64,000 nt of DNA from Nitrososphaeria archaeon. GTDB taxonomy: Archaea; Thermoproteota; Nitrososphaeria; Conexivisphaerales; DTJL01. A program made the translations under genes and the position numbers. Position 1 is the first letter of the stretch. The number at the start of each line of letters is the position of its first letter. Positions 1 through 8,935 of this stretch are shown here, piece after piece. The stretch is taken from assembly GCA_029775965.1 (NCBI GenBank), contig JARVJU010000002.1, positions 2,578-66,577 on the forward strand, written 5' to 3'. The notes below the pieces were generated by a model. That model saw nothing but the letters and a program-made list of their open reading frames with translations, did not search any database and was not told where the DNA came from.

Positions 1-376
1 TTGCATATCCTCCTGTTGTGGCGAATATGTTTGTAAATGAAAAAGCAGCGACAACTGTTGCGATACCGAAGGGTATCAGAAATATCGTTGAAAAGATACC
101 TTTACCTTTAAACTGCGTCCGAAGTATGAGAGCAACAACAAAGGCCAAACCGAACTGCAAAGCTAGCGCTCCTGCCGTTATCACTATAGTGTTCATTATA
201 GCATAGGGTAGACCGAAGTTCAATAAGCCCAGATAGTTAGTTAGGACAAAATGTGATACTGGTGTCTGGAAGCTGCCAAATACAGCGCTTGCTGCAGGAA
301 AAAACGAGAAGTACACTATGTAAGCAACCGCGGGCAAGATAAAAAGAGCAGTGGTGTACTTCTCTTGCCATTTCAT
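1..376 (-). CDS. ABC sugar transporter permease (MalF/UgpA-like), 5' part; the gene runs off the window start
   Basis: Absent from the ORF track because it is truncated. My minus-strand translation from the ATG at 376-374 reads MKWQEKYTTALFILPAVAYIVYFSFFPAASAVFGSFQ...LQFGLAFVVALILRTQFKGKGIFSTIFLIPFGIATVV. It is hydrophobic and TM-rich, and it starts 5 nt after the stop of the binding-protein gene. Confidence 0.6.
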   Translation of the reverse strand, partial: MKWQEKYTTALFILPAVAYIVYFSFFPAASAVFGSFQTPVSHFVLTNYLGLLNFGLPYAIMNTIVITAGALALQFGLAFVVALILRTQFKGKGIFSTIFLIPFGIATVVAAFSFTNIFATTGGYA

Positions 377-381
377 TTATG

Positions 382-1761
382 CTACACTGAGATAGGCTTG
401 AAAAAATTCTGCTCGTACTGGTTTGCGATAGAACTTCCGTAGTTCGTTAGCAAGTAACTGTAAAGTTGCTGGTTGGCGCCATCAAGTATAGCCTTTATCT
501 GGCCATATGACGCATGGTTGACTATTATGGCTGTCCAAGCATTATCGACTATCGCATTCCATTCATTTATCCAAGGTACAGGATTTCTCAGAAAGACTCC
601 AGTACTTATTGCTTCTTCTAGAGCCGTGCCGACAGCCGAAAAGTTCGCTGGAAGGTTCTGATATGCTTGTGAGTTGACTGCAACCCAAGCAAGGCTTAGC
701 AAAGTTTCTCTTTGGGCCTGTGCACCAAGCAGGAACTTTGCAAATGCTTCAATCTGAGGAAGGTTCGTTGCTCCCTTCGGTATTACTAAGACGTCACCTC
801 CAAGCAGGTGGTTTCCGTTAACAGGTCCGGACGGTCCAGGGTAAACACCTAGCGTAGAGTCTGTCATACCAAGTGTTGAGTTAGTTAGAAGACCATATAC
901 ATACGGCCACTGGTAGTCTAGCACCTGGTATGTTCCCTTTGCAAGGCCTACATAGCTTCCCCAATATCCGTGAATATAGTCAGGGTTAAAGTACTGGCTG
1001 AGGTTATAAAGATACTGGAATGTCTGAACATCACCACTATCGTTAAGGAGAAGTGGGTTACCACCAAACTGCACCATCCATTGATAAAGCTCCGTCGCAG
1101 TACTAGCTCCCCCATGTCCTTGGAACATCACGGGGCCAGAATAACCGGACGCACTTAGCTTTGCAGCATCTGAAAGAAGTTCAGAATATGTTGACGGGGG
1201 AGAAGAGATCCCTGCTTGTGAAAAGGCCTGCTTGCTGTAGAATACCAATGGTACGTTTGACCTGAAGGGTATAAAGTATATTCCGTTGAATACTTGCTTT
1301 TCGTAGTTTATCATATTTACAGCGCTCGGTATAAGACCTGTGGGCTCCATAGTCGAGATCAAAGGTGTTAAGTTCATCAGGTCATTTCCATAGAGAAGCT
1401 CTCCTACTACCATATCGTCTATGCCAACCAGCGAAGTTCCCACGTCACTTCCTTTTACTAAAGCTTCTACTTCTGTAGGTACCTGACCGGTCGGAAGGTT
1501 AATTAGCTTCACAGATATGCCAGGATTCTGACTCTCGAACTGCGGAATCAGCACAGTGTTGACGAAGCTGGCTTCAGAAGGAGCCAAACTTTCGTAAAAG
1601 TTAACTGTGACCTTCGATGGCTTGGTTAAGAATACTGTGGCAGCTCCTGCTATCACAATCACTGCAATGACGATCAAAATCAGTGACATTCTGCTTATTG
1701 CATAAGATTTTCTAAGAAAATATCTTTTAGACATGTCGCCATATTTATTCGACTTGCACAT
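382..1761 (-). CDS. ABC transporter extracellular solute-binding protein (sugar type), membrane-anchored
   Basis: 459-aa ORF. An N-terminal anchor (LILIVIAVIVIAGAATVFL) is followed by a soluble domain that looks like a family-1 solute-binding protein. It lies immediately upstream of a permease gene. The true start may be the internal Met (MSKRYF...). Confidence 0.65.
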   Translation of the reverse strand: MCKSNKYGDMSKRYFLRKSYAISRMSLILIVIAVIVIAGAATVFLTKPSKVTVNFYESLAPSEASFVNTVLIPQFESQNPGISVKLINLPTGQVPTEVEALVKGSDVGTSLVGIDDMVVGELLYGNDLMNLTPLISTMEPTGLIPSAVNMINYEKQVFNGIYFIPFRSNVPLVFYSKQAFSQAGISSPPSTYSELLSDAAKLSASGYSGPVMFQGHGGASTATELYQWMVQFGGNPLLLNDSGDVQTFQYLYNLSQYFNPDYIHGYWGSYVGLAKGTYQVLDYQWPYVYGLLTNSTLGMTDSTLGVYPGPSGPVNGNHLLGGDVLVIPKGATNLPQIEAFAKFLLGAQAQRETLLSLAWVAVNSQAYQNLPANFSAVGTALEEAISTGVFLRNPVPWINEWNAIVDNAWTAIIVNHASYGQIKAILDGANQQLYSYLLTNYGSSIANQYEQNFFKPISV

Positions 1762-2150
1762 TTAAATATTGCGCTTTCAAGAGTGGAAAAACTTCAAAAC
1801 CATAAAATGCTTTACATAAATCGTATGTCATTTCCTATACAGGAACACTAAACAAATGAACACCATAAAAGAAGATATCCAGGTGACATCCTCCAACGAC
1901 TAAAGTCATGGACTTTTGCTTCCGTTCGTTTCATGCAGGCGCTTGCGCGACCCTATGGGCGTTTCGCACGAATAGTTTCAAGCATCTGTAAAGGCTTTAA
2001 CTATGCGAAACAACTTCACAAAGACCTGTGTGGGTAGCTCAAGTTTACAGACAGCTTATTAAAACACTCATTGTAGATCGTATATATGCAACAAACGTTA
2101 AGCTTTAAATCTCAATTCCTCGTACCCCTAAGAGGTGCTATTTTCCTCTG

Positions 2151-2163
2151 TAATTTTTATGAA
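2151..2163 (+). promoter_or_regulatory. TATA-like box for the debranching-enzyme gene
   Basis: TAATTTTTATGAA is centred about 24 nt upstream of the ATG at 2181. The spacing fits a leaderless or short-leader archaeal promoter. Confidence 0.4.
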
Positions 2164-2180
2164 TTTTTGAGTGGAGAAAT

Positions 2181-4178
2181 ATGCTAGATTATCAGATAGT
2201 TTCTGCTGACAGGACTGAATCACTGGTTCTTGGTAAGCTATACCTGATACTCTTTATGGGTGAGGCTGGGCTAGGTGTGCCTTACACTGGTATATATTAT
2301 GATGATAACAGGTACGTAGATAGTTACTTGTTCAAGTACAAGGATTCAGTAATATCCCCACGGGTAATAGAGAAGAGCAATACGCAGATCAAATACGAAT
2401 ATGCAACTGCTGACGGCAAGATTATAAGGACTATTCACATGTTCTATGAGGGAATTGAAGAAAAGATTCAAGGTTCTTTTGTAAAGAATGTAGAACTTGA
2501 ACTACATCCAAAATATACAGATATTTTCTACGTAAGAAGTCTTCTATCAGGCGCTTCTGATGCTGAAAGATGGCTGAAGGATGTAACTTATCGTTTAAAC
2601 GTAAAAAAGAAAAGTGCTGAAATAGAAATTGATGGGTCTAAGAGAATACTGCTGGAGGCAGCGGAAATAACAAAAAGAAAGAACATTATTCTCAGACCCA
2701 GCCGGGATCAATCAAAAATTAGATTAATCTTCAGGAAGGTCAGGCAAAAAGAATCACTCCCTTTTCATATATACAAATGCTTTCCTAGACTTCTAGCTGA
2801 CGAAAAAAGGTTGGAATCTCTCTATAATAATTCTATCATCAACCTTTCTAACAGCATGGATTCTCCTTTTGAAGGTTCTTTTTTCCCGTTGAGTTCGATA
2901 CCTTGGTTTCATACAATATTTGGAAGAGATTCCACTATAACCTCTTTGCACACCTTACTCTTTAATCCGTCAATAGCCAAAAGCACGATAGCAAAGCTAG
3001 GAGTGCTGATAGGAAAGAGATTCGACAAGGCAACAGAAGAAGAGCCAGGAAAAATAATACACGAAAAGCGTTTTGGAGAAATCAGTGGTAGTGATCCTGT
3101 GCTAAAAGGATATTATGGCAGCGTAGATGCTACGCCGCTGTACGTCCTTACCTACACTAACTATATCAAATATCATCCCCAAGACAAGTCAGTCAAGGGG
3201 CAGGAACAAAATGTATTAGCTGCAGTCAGATGGATTAAAAACAAAGTCGGCTATCATGGGTTCCTCGGCTACAGTTCGCAAAGTATGCTAAGCAACCAAG
3301 CCTGGAAAGATTCTTGGGATTCGGTATCACACAAAGATGGAAGTCTGCCACCTCATCCTTTACATCTAGTCGAAGTGCAGGGATACGCAGCAAAGGCATT
3401 AGAAGAAGGTGCAAGTTTTGTTGCAGATGATAGAGAAAGGAGAGAATTAATCCGAACAGCGAAGACATTGTATTCAGAGATACAGAAGAAATACTGGTCA
3501 GACAGACTAGGTTATTTTGGTGAAGCAATTGATGGAGATGGTAGACTAACAGAGATAATCACCTCAAACCCTGGTCATCTTCTATGGCTGCAGGTGCTAA
3601 GCCCTGATTTTGCAAGGAAGGTTGCGAAAGTACTTACTGATCGAGATAAATTGAATTCTGGATACGGAGTTAAGACGATGGCATATGGTGAAGTTAGGCA
3701 TAATCCCATCTCATATCATAATGGCTCTATTTGGCCACATGATAACATGATAATTCTGAGCGGTCTTGCTAGGTATAATCTTCCTGAAGAATTCTCAGAG
3801 CTTTTCTTAGAGTTACTTGATTCGTACACCCAGCTTGGCCTAAATGGTATGCCAGAGCTGTTTACAGGAGAAAGGAGGGAAAGCATAAAGAGGCTAGCTC
3901 CGATGGGAGGTTTTCCTGTTGCTTGGTGCGACGCTGGAATATTCGGAATCATTCATTCTCTCCTTGGGATAGATATAAGGTACAATAATGTTTACAGTGT
4001 CAGAATTTCGCCACTTCTACCAGACTGGTTAAACAATATATCGGTGAAAGGGCTATATATTCTTGGTGGCAGACTCAATGTTGAGGCAAAGAGACAAGGC
4101 GAAAACATTTCCGTAAAATACAACTTTTCTGCTGAGCCACATGCCCCAGTTAAAGTAGAAACAGAGGATAGAATATAA
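2181..4178 (+). CDS. Amylo-alpha-1,6-glucosidase / glycogen debranching enzyme family protein (archaeal GDE_C type)
   Basis: 665 aa with motifs FHTIFGRDS, YYGSVDATPLY, QAWKDSWDS, VEVQGY and YHNGSIWPHDN, which are characteristic of the (alpha/alpha)6 GDE C-terminal domain family. Confidence 0.8.
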   Translation: MLDYQIVSADRTESLVLGKLYLILFMGEAGLGVPYTGIYYDDNRYVDSYLFKYKDSVISPRVIEKSNTQIKYEYATADGKIIRTIHMFYEGIEEKIQGSFVKNVELELHPKYTDIFYVRSLLSGASDAERWLKDVTYRLNVKKKSAEIEIDGSKRILLEAAEITKRKNIILRPSRDQSKIRLIFRKVRQKESLPFHIYKCFPRLLADEKRLESLYNNSIINLSNSMDSPFEGSFFPLSSIPWFHTIFGRDSTITSLHTLLFNPSIAKSTIAKLGVLIGKRFDKATEEEPGKIIHEKRFGEISGSDPVLKGYYGSVDATPLYVLTYTNYIKYHPQDKSVKGQEQNVLAAVRWIKNKVGYHGFLGYSSQSMLSNQAWKDSWDSVSHKDGSLPPHPLHLVEVQGYAAKALEEGASFVADDRERRELIRTAKTLYSEIQKKYWSDRLGYFGEAIDGDGRLTEIITSNPGHLLWLQVLSPDFARKVAKVLTDRDKLNSGYGVKTMAYGEVRHNPISYHNGSIWPHDNMIILSGLARYNLPEEFSELFLELLDSYTQLGLNGMPELFTGERRESIKRLAPMGGFPVAWCDAGIFGIIHSLLGIDIRYNNVYSVRISPLLPDWLNNISVKGLYILGGRLNVEAKRQGENISVKYNFSAEPHAPVKVETEDRI

Positions 4179-4397
4179 TGTCTTCATATCGAATCGATTG
4201 CCTATGTACCAAAAAAGTCTAAATTATCTGCTAGCAGAGTAATTAATGGAATATAGAATGGCAGTGCATTATATTCCAAAGAATTGTAGGAGCTAACAAA
4301 ATTGACTAACAATAGATGGTTTAACTGAACACCAACCACTAACGCATCAGAACCCATATTCAACATATTTATTACTTTCCTGAATCTATGATTCTGC

Positions 4398-5342
4398 ATG
4401 CTTCATCTGATACTTGACACGGATACAGCTGGAGACGATACAATAGCAATGCTGATGGCTCTGAGAGCTTCAAACGCAAAGCTAGAGGCAGTAACAATAA
4501 ACTGTGGGAACATAGATTTTGATCAACAGGTCGAGAACGCTCTTTATACAATTGAATTCGCAGGCATGTCTGGTAAAGTACCTGTCTATCCAGGAGCAAG
4601 GCACCCTTTACTTAAAGACTGGAAGACTGCTGAATATGTTCACGGCAGAGACGGGATGGGAAACTCTAATTTTCCCAGAGCTAAGCAAAGACCAGAGAAC
4701 AGGCATGCGGTTGATGCGATTATAGAGGCTGTAAACGCAAAGCCAGGTGAAATAACAATTGTGGAGATAGCCCCTATGACAAATTTAGCCATGGCTCTTA
4801 GAAAGGACCCTTCTATAGCTGATAAAGTAAAAGCTCTTTACTTTATGGGAGGGACTAATTATTATCAAGGAAACGTCACTCCAGCTGCTGAATTCAACAT
4901 CTGGGTCGATCCTGATGCTGCAAAGATTGTGCTGAATTCAGGAATACCAACAACCATGGTGGGGTGGGAAATATGTATGAGAAGTGGTCTCCTAGACAGG
5001 AAGGAATACACTGAAATTCAAAGATTCGGTACTAAGGAGAGTGAATTTTTCATGTCTGTTAACAGACAGGTCCTAAGGTTTATGAAAAGAGCGTACGGAT
5101 TAGATGCAATTACATGCCCTGACAGCATTACAATGGCTATAGTGCTTAATCCTTCTATAGTCAAGAGCATCAAGCAAAGGTATGTTGAGGTTGATAATGT
5201 AAGCGAGATATCAAGGGGAGCTACATGGATTGACGAGCTGATGATCCTTAAAAGAAGACCAAATGTGAATGTAGTATATGAAGCATCACACGCCGCCTTC
5301 AAAGATATGTTATCTAGACTGCTTATGGGAGAAAAGGTCTAA
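4398..5342 (+). CDS. Inosine/uridine-preferring nucleoside hydrolase
   Basis: 314 aa. The N-terminal aspartate cluster LILDTDTAGDD matches the DxDxxxDD fingerprint of IU-nucleoside hydrolases. Confidence 0.8.
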   Translation: MLHLILDTDTAGDDTIAMLMALRASNAKLEAVTINCGNIDFDQQVENALYTIEFAGMSGKVPVYPGARHPLLKDWKTAEYVHGRDGMGNSNFPRAKQRPENRHAVDAIIEAVNAKPGEITIVEIAPMTNLAMALRKDPSIADKVKALYFMGGTNYYQGNVTPAAEFNIWVDPDAAKIVLNSGIPTTMVGWEICMRSGLLDRKEYTEIQRFGTKESEFFMSVNRQVLRFMKRAYGLDAITCPDSITMAIVLNPSIVKSIKQRYVEVDNVSEISRGATWIDELMILKRRPNVNVVYEASHAAFKDMLSRLLMGEKV

Positions 5343-5389
5343 TTGGGGTATTTAAGCTTATTATCAGCCTGCAGACGAATTATATTCTC

Positions 5390-5614
5390 CTAAAGGGCTA
5401 AGATTGACAGTATTTTTTGCGCTGAATGAAGAATTCTTATCACATATAAACTCGGATAGTATTTCAGGCATGGGTTTTTTGAATCACTGATATAATATTC
5501 AGAATATATATGATGAGATAGTGGTTCATCGTTGTTCTCTGCAAAGTAGGCATACTGCACTACAGAATAAAAGTACCTTGGGATTAAATCCTGCCAAGAG
5601 TCAATAAGAGACAC
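5390..5614 (-). CDS. Hypothetical small protein (doubtful)
   Basis: 74-aa ORF with a GTG start and no recognisable motif. It could be a chance ORF. Confidence 0.15.
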   Translation of the reverse strand: MSLIDSWQDLIPRYFYSVVQYAYFAENNDEPLSHHIYSEYYISDSKNPCLKYYPSLYVIRILHSAQKILSILAL

Positions 5615-6013
5615 GGAAAAGTTGCGGAACGACTACCCTTCTTTTTCACAAATGATCCTGTAAGTCAGCTGTAGGTTACTGCAGATTGAGTGCAAGTTTA
5701 AGATAGGCCTTCATGGCTTGAAGAAATCATAGCAAGGATTGCGCTAGGGCATAACAGGTTTAAGTTTGATGTCCCATACGCTGCATCAGGGAATCAGGTG
5801 TATCAGGCGGTCAGTTTATTTGAACACTATTACCATTTCAACCATAACATCTATATAACGCTATGTCAAAAAGATTATAGGCGATGGATTCCGCCGGAGC
5901 CTGACGGCTCGAACCGCTCCATATGGAAGCTGATGAATCCTATCGAACACATGTAATGGTATGGTGTCAACAGTTGCCGATCCAGTTAACTGCCATATGG
6001 AGGCTGTCTGCCA

Positions 6014-6310
6014 GTGTTTAGACGATTAAGGAATTCATCTGACAAATCAATCCTTGCAGGACTATCTGGAGAGCAAGTTGTCCAGAGGGTCGAGCTCTAT
6101 GCTAAAATGCAGGAGCTTATTCAGCTTAAGAATAGGGTTGAATTTCTTGAGTCAGACCTGCCAAGGATGAAAGAACTCTACAGAAGGCTGACTATTATGA
6201 TTAAACAGGCAGAAGAAGATTACAAGTGGATGGAGGAAAGAATAGATTTTCTTGAAAACGAGAACAGAAGGCTTAGGGAACTTCTCTCATCGAGGCGGCA
6301 ACAAACATGA
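6014..6310 (+). CDS. Small coiled-coil protein, unknown function
   Basis: 98 aa with heptad-like charged and leucine-rich sequence (LIQLKNRVEFLESDLPRMKELYRRL...IDFLENENRRLRELL). Its stop overlaps the next start (ATGA). Confidence 0.4.
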   Translation: MFRRLRNSSDKSILAGLSGEQVVQRVELYAKMQELIQLKNRVEFLESDLPRMKELYRRLTIMIKQAEEDYKWMEERIDFLENENRRLRELLSSRRQQT

Positions 6311-6693
6311 TATCGCCGAAGATAAAGCTTACCCAAGAGCAGACACGAAGGGTTAAGCAGATAGCGGAAACGCTGAATATAGATGTATCACACCTGCTGG
6401 AAGTCGCATTGGAGGATACAGTAAACGATGAATCTGTGGAATTGGATAAAGAGATTTTGATCTTCTCAAAAAGGCTGTCGGATCTAACAAAAGAGCATGC
6501 TCCGTTAGCCTCAAAGGTTGCGTCATTGACCTTCAAGTACAGTCAGATACACAGTGCATGCGCCAATGATTCAATTCTTGTACTAGGCCTAGAAGCAGAG
6601 AAAAGAACTCTATGCAGAGTCCTAGGGATGGAGTATGACGATAGTTTGAAAAGTAAAGAAGAACGGATGTTCGGTAGATACCATTCTAGGTAA
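6307..6693 (+). CDS. Ribbon-helix-helix (CopG-like) DNA-binding protein with C-terminal extension
   Basis: The N-terminus KIKLTQEQTRRVKQIAETLNIDVSHLLEVALEDTV fits a beta-strand/helix/helix RHH pattern. The gene is translationally coupled to the upstream coiled-coil ORF. Confidence 0.4.
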   Translation: MISPKIKLTQEQTRRVKQIAETLNIDVSHLLEVALEDTVNDESVELDKEILIFSKRLSDLTKEHAPLASKVASLTFKYSQIHSACANDSILVLGLEAEKRTLCRVLGMEYDDSLKSKEERMFGRYHSR

Positions 6694-6908
6694 CTTTGCA
6701 CGAATGCTTAGGACTTCAGCTTGTAAAGTAGCTGTCAAACTTAGAAAGTTTGAAGATCAACCATAAATATAGTTTAGCTCTTTACTTTTTCATAGGGGCA
6801 TATAAAGCAGCAAGCCAAGATGCAGAATCTATTATAAAATGCTGGGAAAAAGAGGTTGTCATTTTTTAGAAGTGATGGCAAGGCAAATGATGAATAGAAG
6901 GTATAATT

Positions 6909-7238
6909 CTATATTACCTTGTAAACATAATGGCCGCTGAAGCCACCTACCTTCTGTATAAGCCCTTTTGACTCAAGCTCCCTTAAGGTTGATACAGCTA
7001 CGCTAGCTTTGACGCCTAAAGCCCTCGCAGCGGCATAGACTGTAATTGCTTTTGACTCCTTCAGAGCCTTTAGTGTATCCTCATCCTTCGAAGCAAAGGT
7101 GACTCTTGTTCCTGGCGCAGCCCTCTTAGTCTGCTTTCCCTTCTGTTCTTTCTTTTTCTGCTCAGATTCATCTTCTTTCTTCTGCTCTTTTTCCATCGAT
7201 GCAAGGGGTCTCTTCTTTGTTCCTCCCATACCTATCAT
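6909..7238 (-). CDS. rps25e: 30S ribosomal protein S25e
   Basis: 109 aa with a Lys/Glu-rich N-terminal half and a winged-helix-like C-terminus (ITVYAAARALGVKASVAVSTLRELESKGLI), typical of S25e. Confidence 0.7.
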   Translation of the reverse strand: MIGMGGTKKRPLASMEKEQKKEDESEQKKKEQKGKQTKRAAPGTRVTFASKDEDTLKALKESKAITVYAAARALGVKASVAVSTLRELESKGLIQKVGGFSGHYVYKVI

Positions 7239-7267
7239 CTATGTCAATTGCCTAGTGCTATATAACC

Positions 7268-7984
7268 CTAACACTGACTTTCGTCTTTGCATGCTTTTAC
7301 CATTATCACGCCATCTACCATTCTTGTTTCGTACCAGACCTTTCTGAATGCCTTTTCGAGTTGCTCTATGAAGACTCTATTTCTTGGTAAGTGCTTATAG
7401 GTAATATATATGTCAGCGAAGTGTCTTGCCTTCGATCCAAGGTAAAGACTGAGCATAAGAGGTGCTAATAGCCTCCAATATGTGCCAACAAAGAATCTCT
7501 TCACGGCAGAGTCCGGCTTCGCTAGATCTATAATCAAGAATACACCGTTATCCTTCAACGCTCTGTGTATATCTTGGTATGCCTTTATTCTGTCAATGGC
7601 ATCTCTGATTGTAAATCCTGCAAGGCAAGCAACAAAAGAGCCAGATCTAAAAGGCAACGCTTCATATATACCACAAACATACATGAATGATTTCTCCCCT
7701 CTCTCTATCATCGCTCTCCTAAGCATACTTGGAAGAGGGTCCATCATTACACCTTCTGTATCTGGTCTGAGGTCTTTTGCCATAGCTGACATATTTCCTG
7801 GCCCCGAACCTACATCTAGGAAAAGTCCAGATTCAGGCATGCCTCTTTGCAATATCTCTTTCCTAAGGGATACATCTCTACCGAATGACATTAGGTTGTT
7901 TCCCTTTTCATATATCTCTACAATTGCATCTAGGTCATGAAGTAACCTCTTCCAATCTTCACCCAGCCCCGTATCTCCACTCAA
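7268..7984 (-). CDS. Class I SAM-dependent methyltransferase (UbiE/MenG-like)
   Basis: SAM-binding motif I LDVGSGPGN. The length and layout resemble demethylmenaquinone/ubiquinone methyltransferases. Confidence 0.65.
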   Translation of the reverse strand: MSGDTGLGEDWKRLLHDLDAIVEIYEKGNNLMSFGRDVSLRKEILQRGMPESGLFLDVGSGPGNMSAMAKDLRPDTEGVMMDPLPSMLRRAMIERGEKSFMYVCGIYEALPFRSGSFVACLAGFTIRDAIDRIKAYQDIHRALKDNGVFLIIDLAKPDSAVKRFFVGTYWRLLAPLMLSLYLGSKARHFADIYITYKHLPRNRVFIEQLEKAFRKVWYETRMVDGVIMVKACKDESQC

Positions 7985-8844
7985 TCTATATCCGGCCTCT
8001 CAAACTGCTTAAGAGCATACCTTAGCTCTAGGTGAAGGTCAGAGGCTGTTATTCTGTTACCGAACTTCTCCCATGCACTTGTTCCTGCAAGACCATTTGC
8101 ATATGCTGCCACTGCTGCTGCATAAAGAGGCTCAACCCCTAAGGCAAGTAGTCCAGCTGTCAAACCTGCAAGTACATCCCCTGTGCCCCCAACCGTCATT
8201 GCAGCCCTTCCCGTTCTGTTGAAGAATGTTGTCTTGCCGTCAGAGATAACGTCACCCTTACCTTTCTGTAATATAACTACCCCTAGCTTTCTGGCAGACT
8301 CTGCAACTATTCTTGCTCTATCTGCATCATCAGCAGGCAACTCAATATCAGTTATCCTTTTGAATTCTCCTGCGTGTGGAGTTATGACAGCCTTAGAATC
8401 AGTCAGCAGTTGGACATTTTCTTTCTCAAGTGCTCCAGCATCAAGAACTACAGCAATACCTCTACTCTTAAGCTCTAAAAGCAATCTTTGCATAGATTTC
8501 TGAGGGGGTTTAACAGTTCCAGGACCAATAACAGCCGAATCTATTTCAGGTAACCATTTCAACAACCTATTTACTGCTCCAAGAGTCAACTTTGTGTCCG
8601 GTAATGGGTAGACTATAAAGTCAGCGGACATACTCCTTAATGCAGAAGATATCTGCTTTGGAACTGCTAAGTATACAAGGTCAACCCCGCTTGCCTGAGC
8701 TCCTCTGGCTGAATGAAAGGGGGCACCATGGTAGAGCCAGTTACCACCCAATACTAATACTCTGCCATTCTCACCCTTTCTTGAGCCAGAACGCCTTCTT
8801 GGTATTTTGTCAATGAAGAGCTCCGGCGTCAGTTCAAAGAACAT
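7981..8844 (-). CDS. ADP/ATP-dependent NAD(P)H-hydrate dehydratase (YjeF C-terminal domain family)
   Basis: 287 aa with a ribokinase-like fold signature near the C-terminus (VGGTGDVLAGLTAGLLA). The N-terminal RKGENGRVLVLGG is typical of the family. Confidence 0.75.
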   Translation of the reverse strand: MFFELTPELFIDKIPRRRSGSRKGENGRVLVLGGNWLYHGAPFHSARGAQASGVDLVYLAVPKQISSALRSMSADFIVYPLPDTKLTLGAVNRLLKWLPEIDSAVIGPGTVKPPQKSMQRLLLELKSRGIAVVLDAGALEKENVQLLTDSKAVITPHAGEFKRITDIELPADDADRARIVAESARKLGVVILQKGKGDVISDGKTTFFNRTGRAAMTVGGTGDVLAGLTAGLLALGVEPLYAAAVAAYANGLAGTSAWEKFGNRITASDLHLELRYALKQFERPDID

Positions 8845-8903
8845 TAGTACTCGCTTGACCTTTCATATCTATCTGATAAAAACTAATCTATTGCGAAGGA
8901 GTA

Positions 8904-8911
8904 CATTTAAA
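8904..8911 (+). promoter_or_regulatory. TATA-like box for tgtA
   Basis: CATTTAAA is centred about 28 nt upstream of the GTG at 8936, where the conserved N-terminus begins. Confidence 0.4.
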
Positions 8912-8935
8912 CGCGTACTTTTCCTGGCCTACCAT

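Noticed and set aside
3235-3528. Numerous ORF-track entries lie antisense to, or nested within, motif-bearing genes. Examples are 3235-3528, 3716-3952, 7482-7940, 8183-8503, 15159-15533, 18525-18794, 19138-19542, 23177-23919, 24190-24576, 26666-28306 (several), 34358-34660, 43458-43769, 48297-49402 (several), 49390-49764, 50311-52167 (several) and 61228-61572.
   Set aside because: Each lies entirely within a gene on the other strand or in another frame that has clear family motifs. Their translations are Ser/Leu/Pro/Cys-rich low-complexity sequences typical of antisense frames. I found no independent evidence for overlapping genes.
4202-4599. Minus-strand ORFs 4202-4399 and 4372-4599 in or around the promoter and 5' end of the nucleoside hydrolase gene.
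   Set aside because: They overlap each other and the well-supported plus-strand gene, and they have no motifs. They are probably chance ORFs.
5907-5920. A T-loop-like GGTTCGAGCC (minus strand) suggesting a tRNA.
   Set aside because: I could not build a T-stem, an acceptor stem or an anticodon arm around it on either strand. No other tRNA-like T-loop motifs were seen in the intergenic regions.
6836-6850. A 15-nt exact match, AAAATGCTGGGAAAA, shared by two intergenic regions (6836-6850 and 25442-25456).
   Set aside because: A few 15-mer coincidences are expected in 64 kb of AT-rich DNA. The flanks do not align beyond a loosely placed ATGCAG.
8807-8935. Long N-terminal extensions in ORF-track models: tgtA from 8807, ESCRT-III from 14851, thiolase from 28270, and deoxyhypusine synthase from 55526.
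   Set aside because: The extensions overlap neighbouring genes or promoter elements and are not protein-like. The conserved family N-termini begin at downstream ATG/GTG/TTG codons with TATA or SD-like elements at sensible distances.
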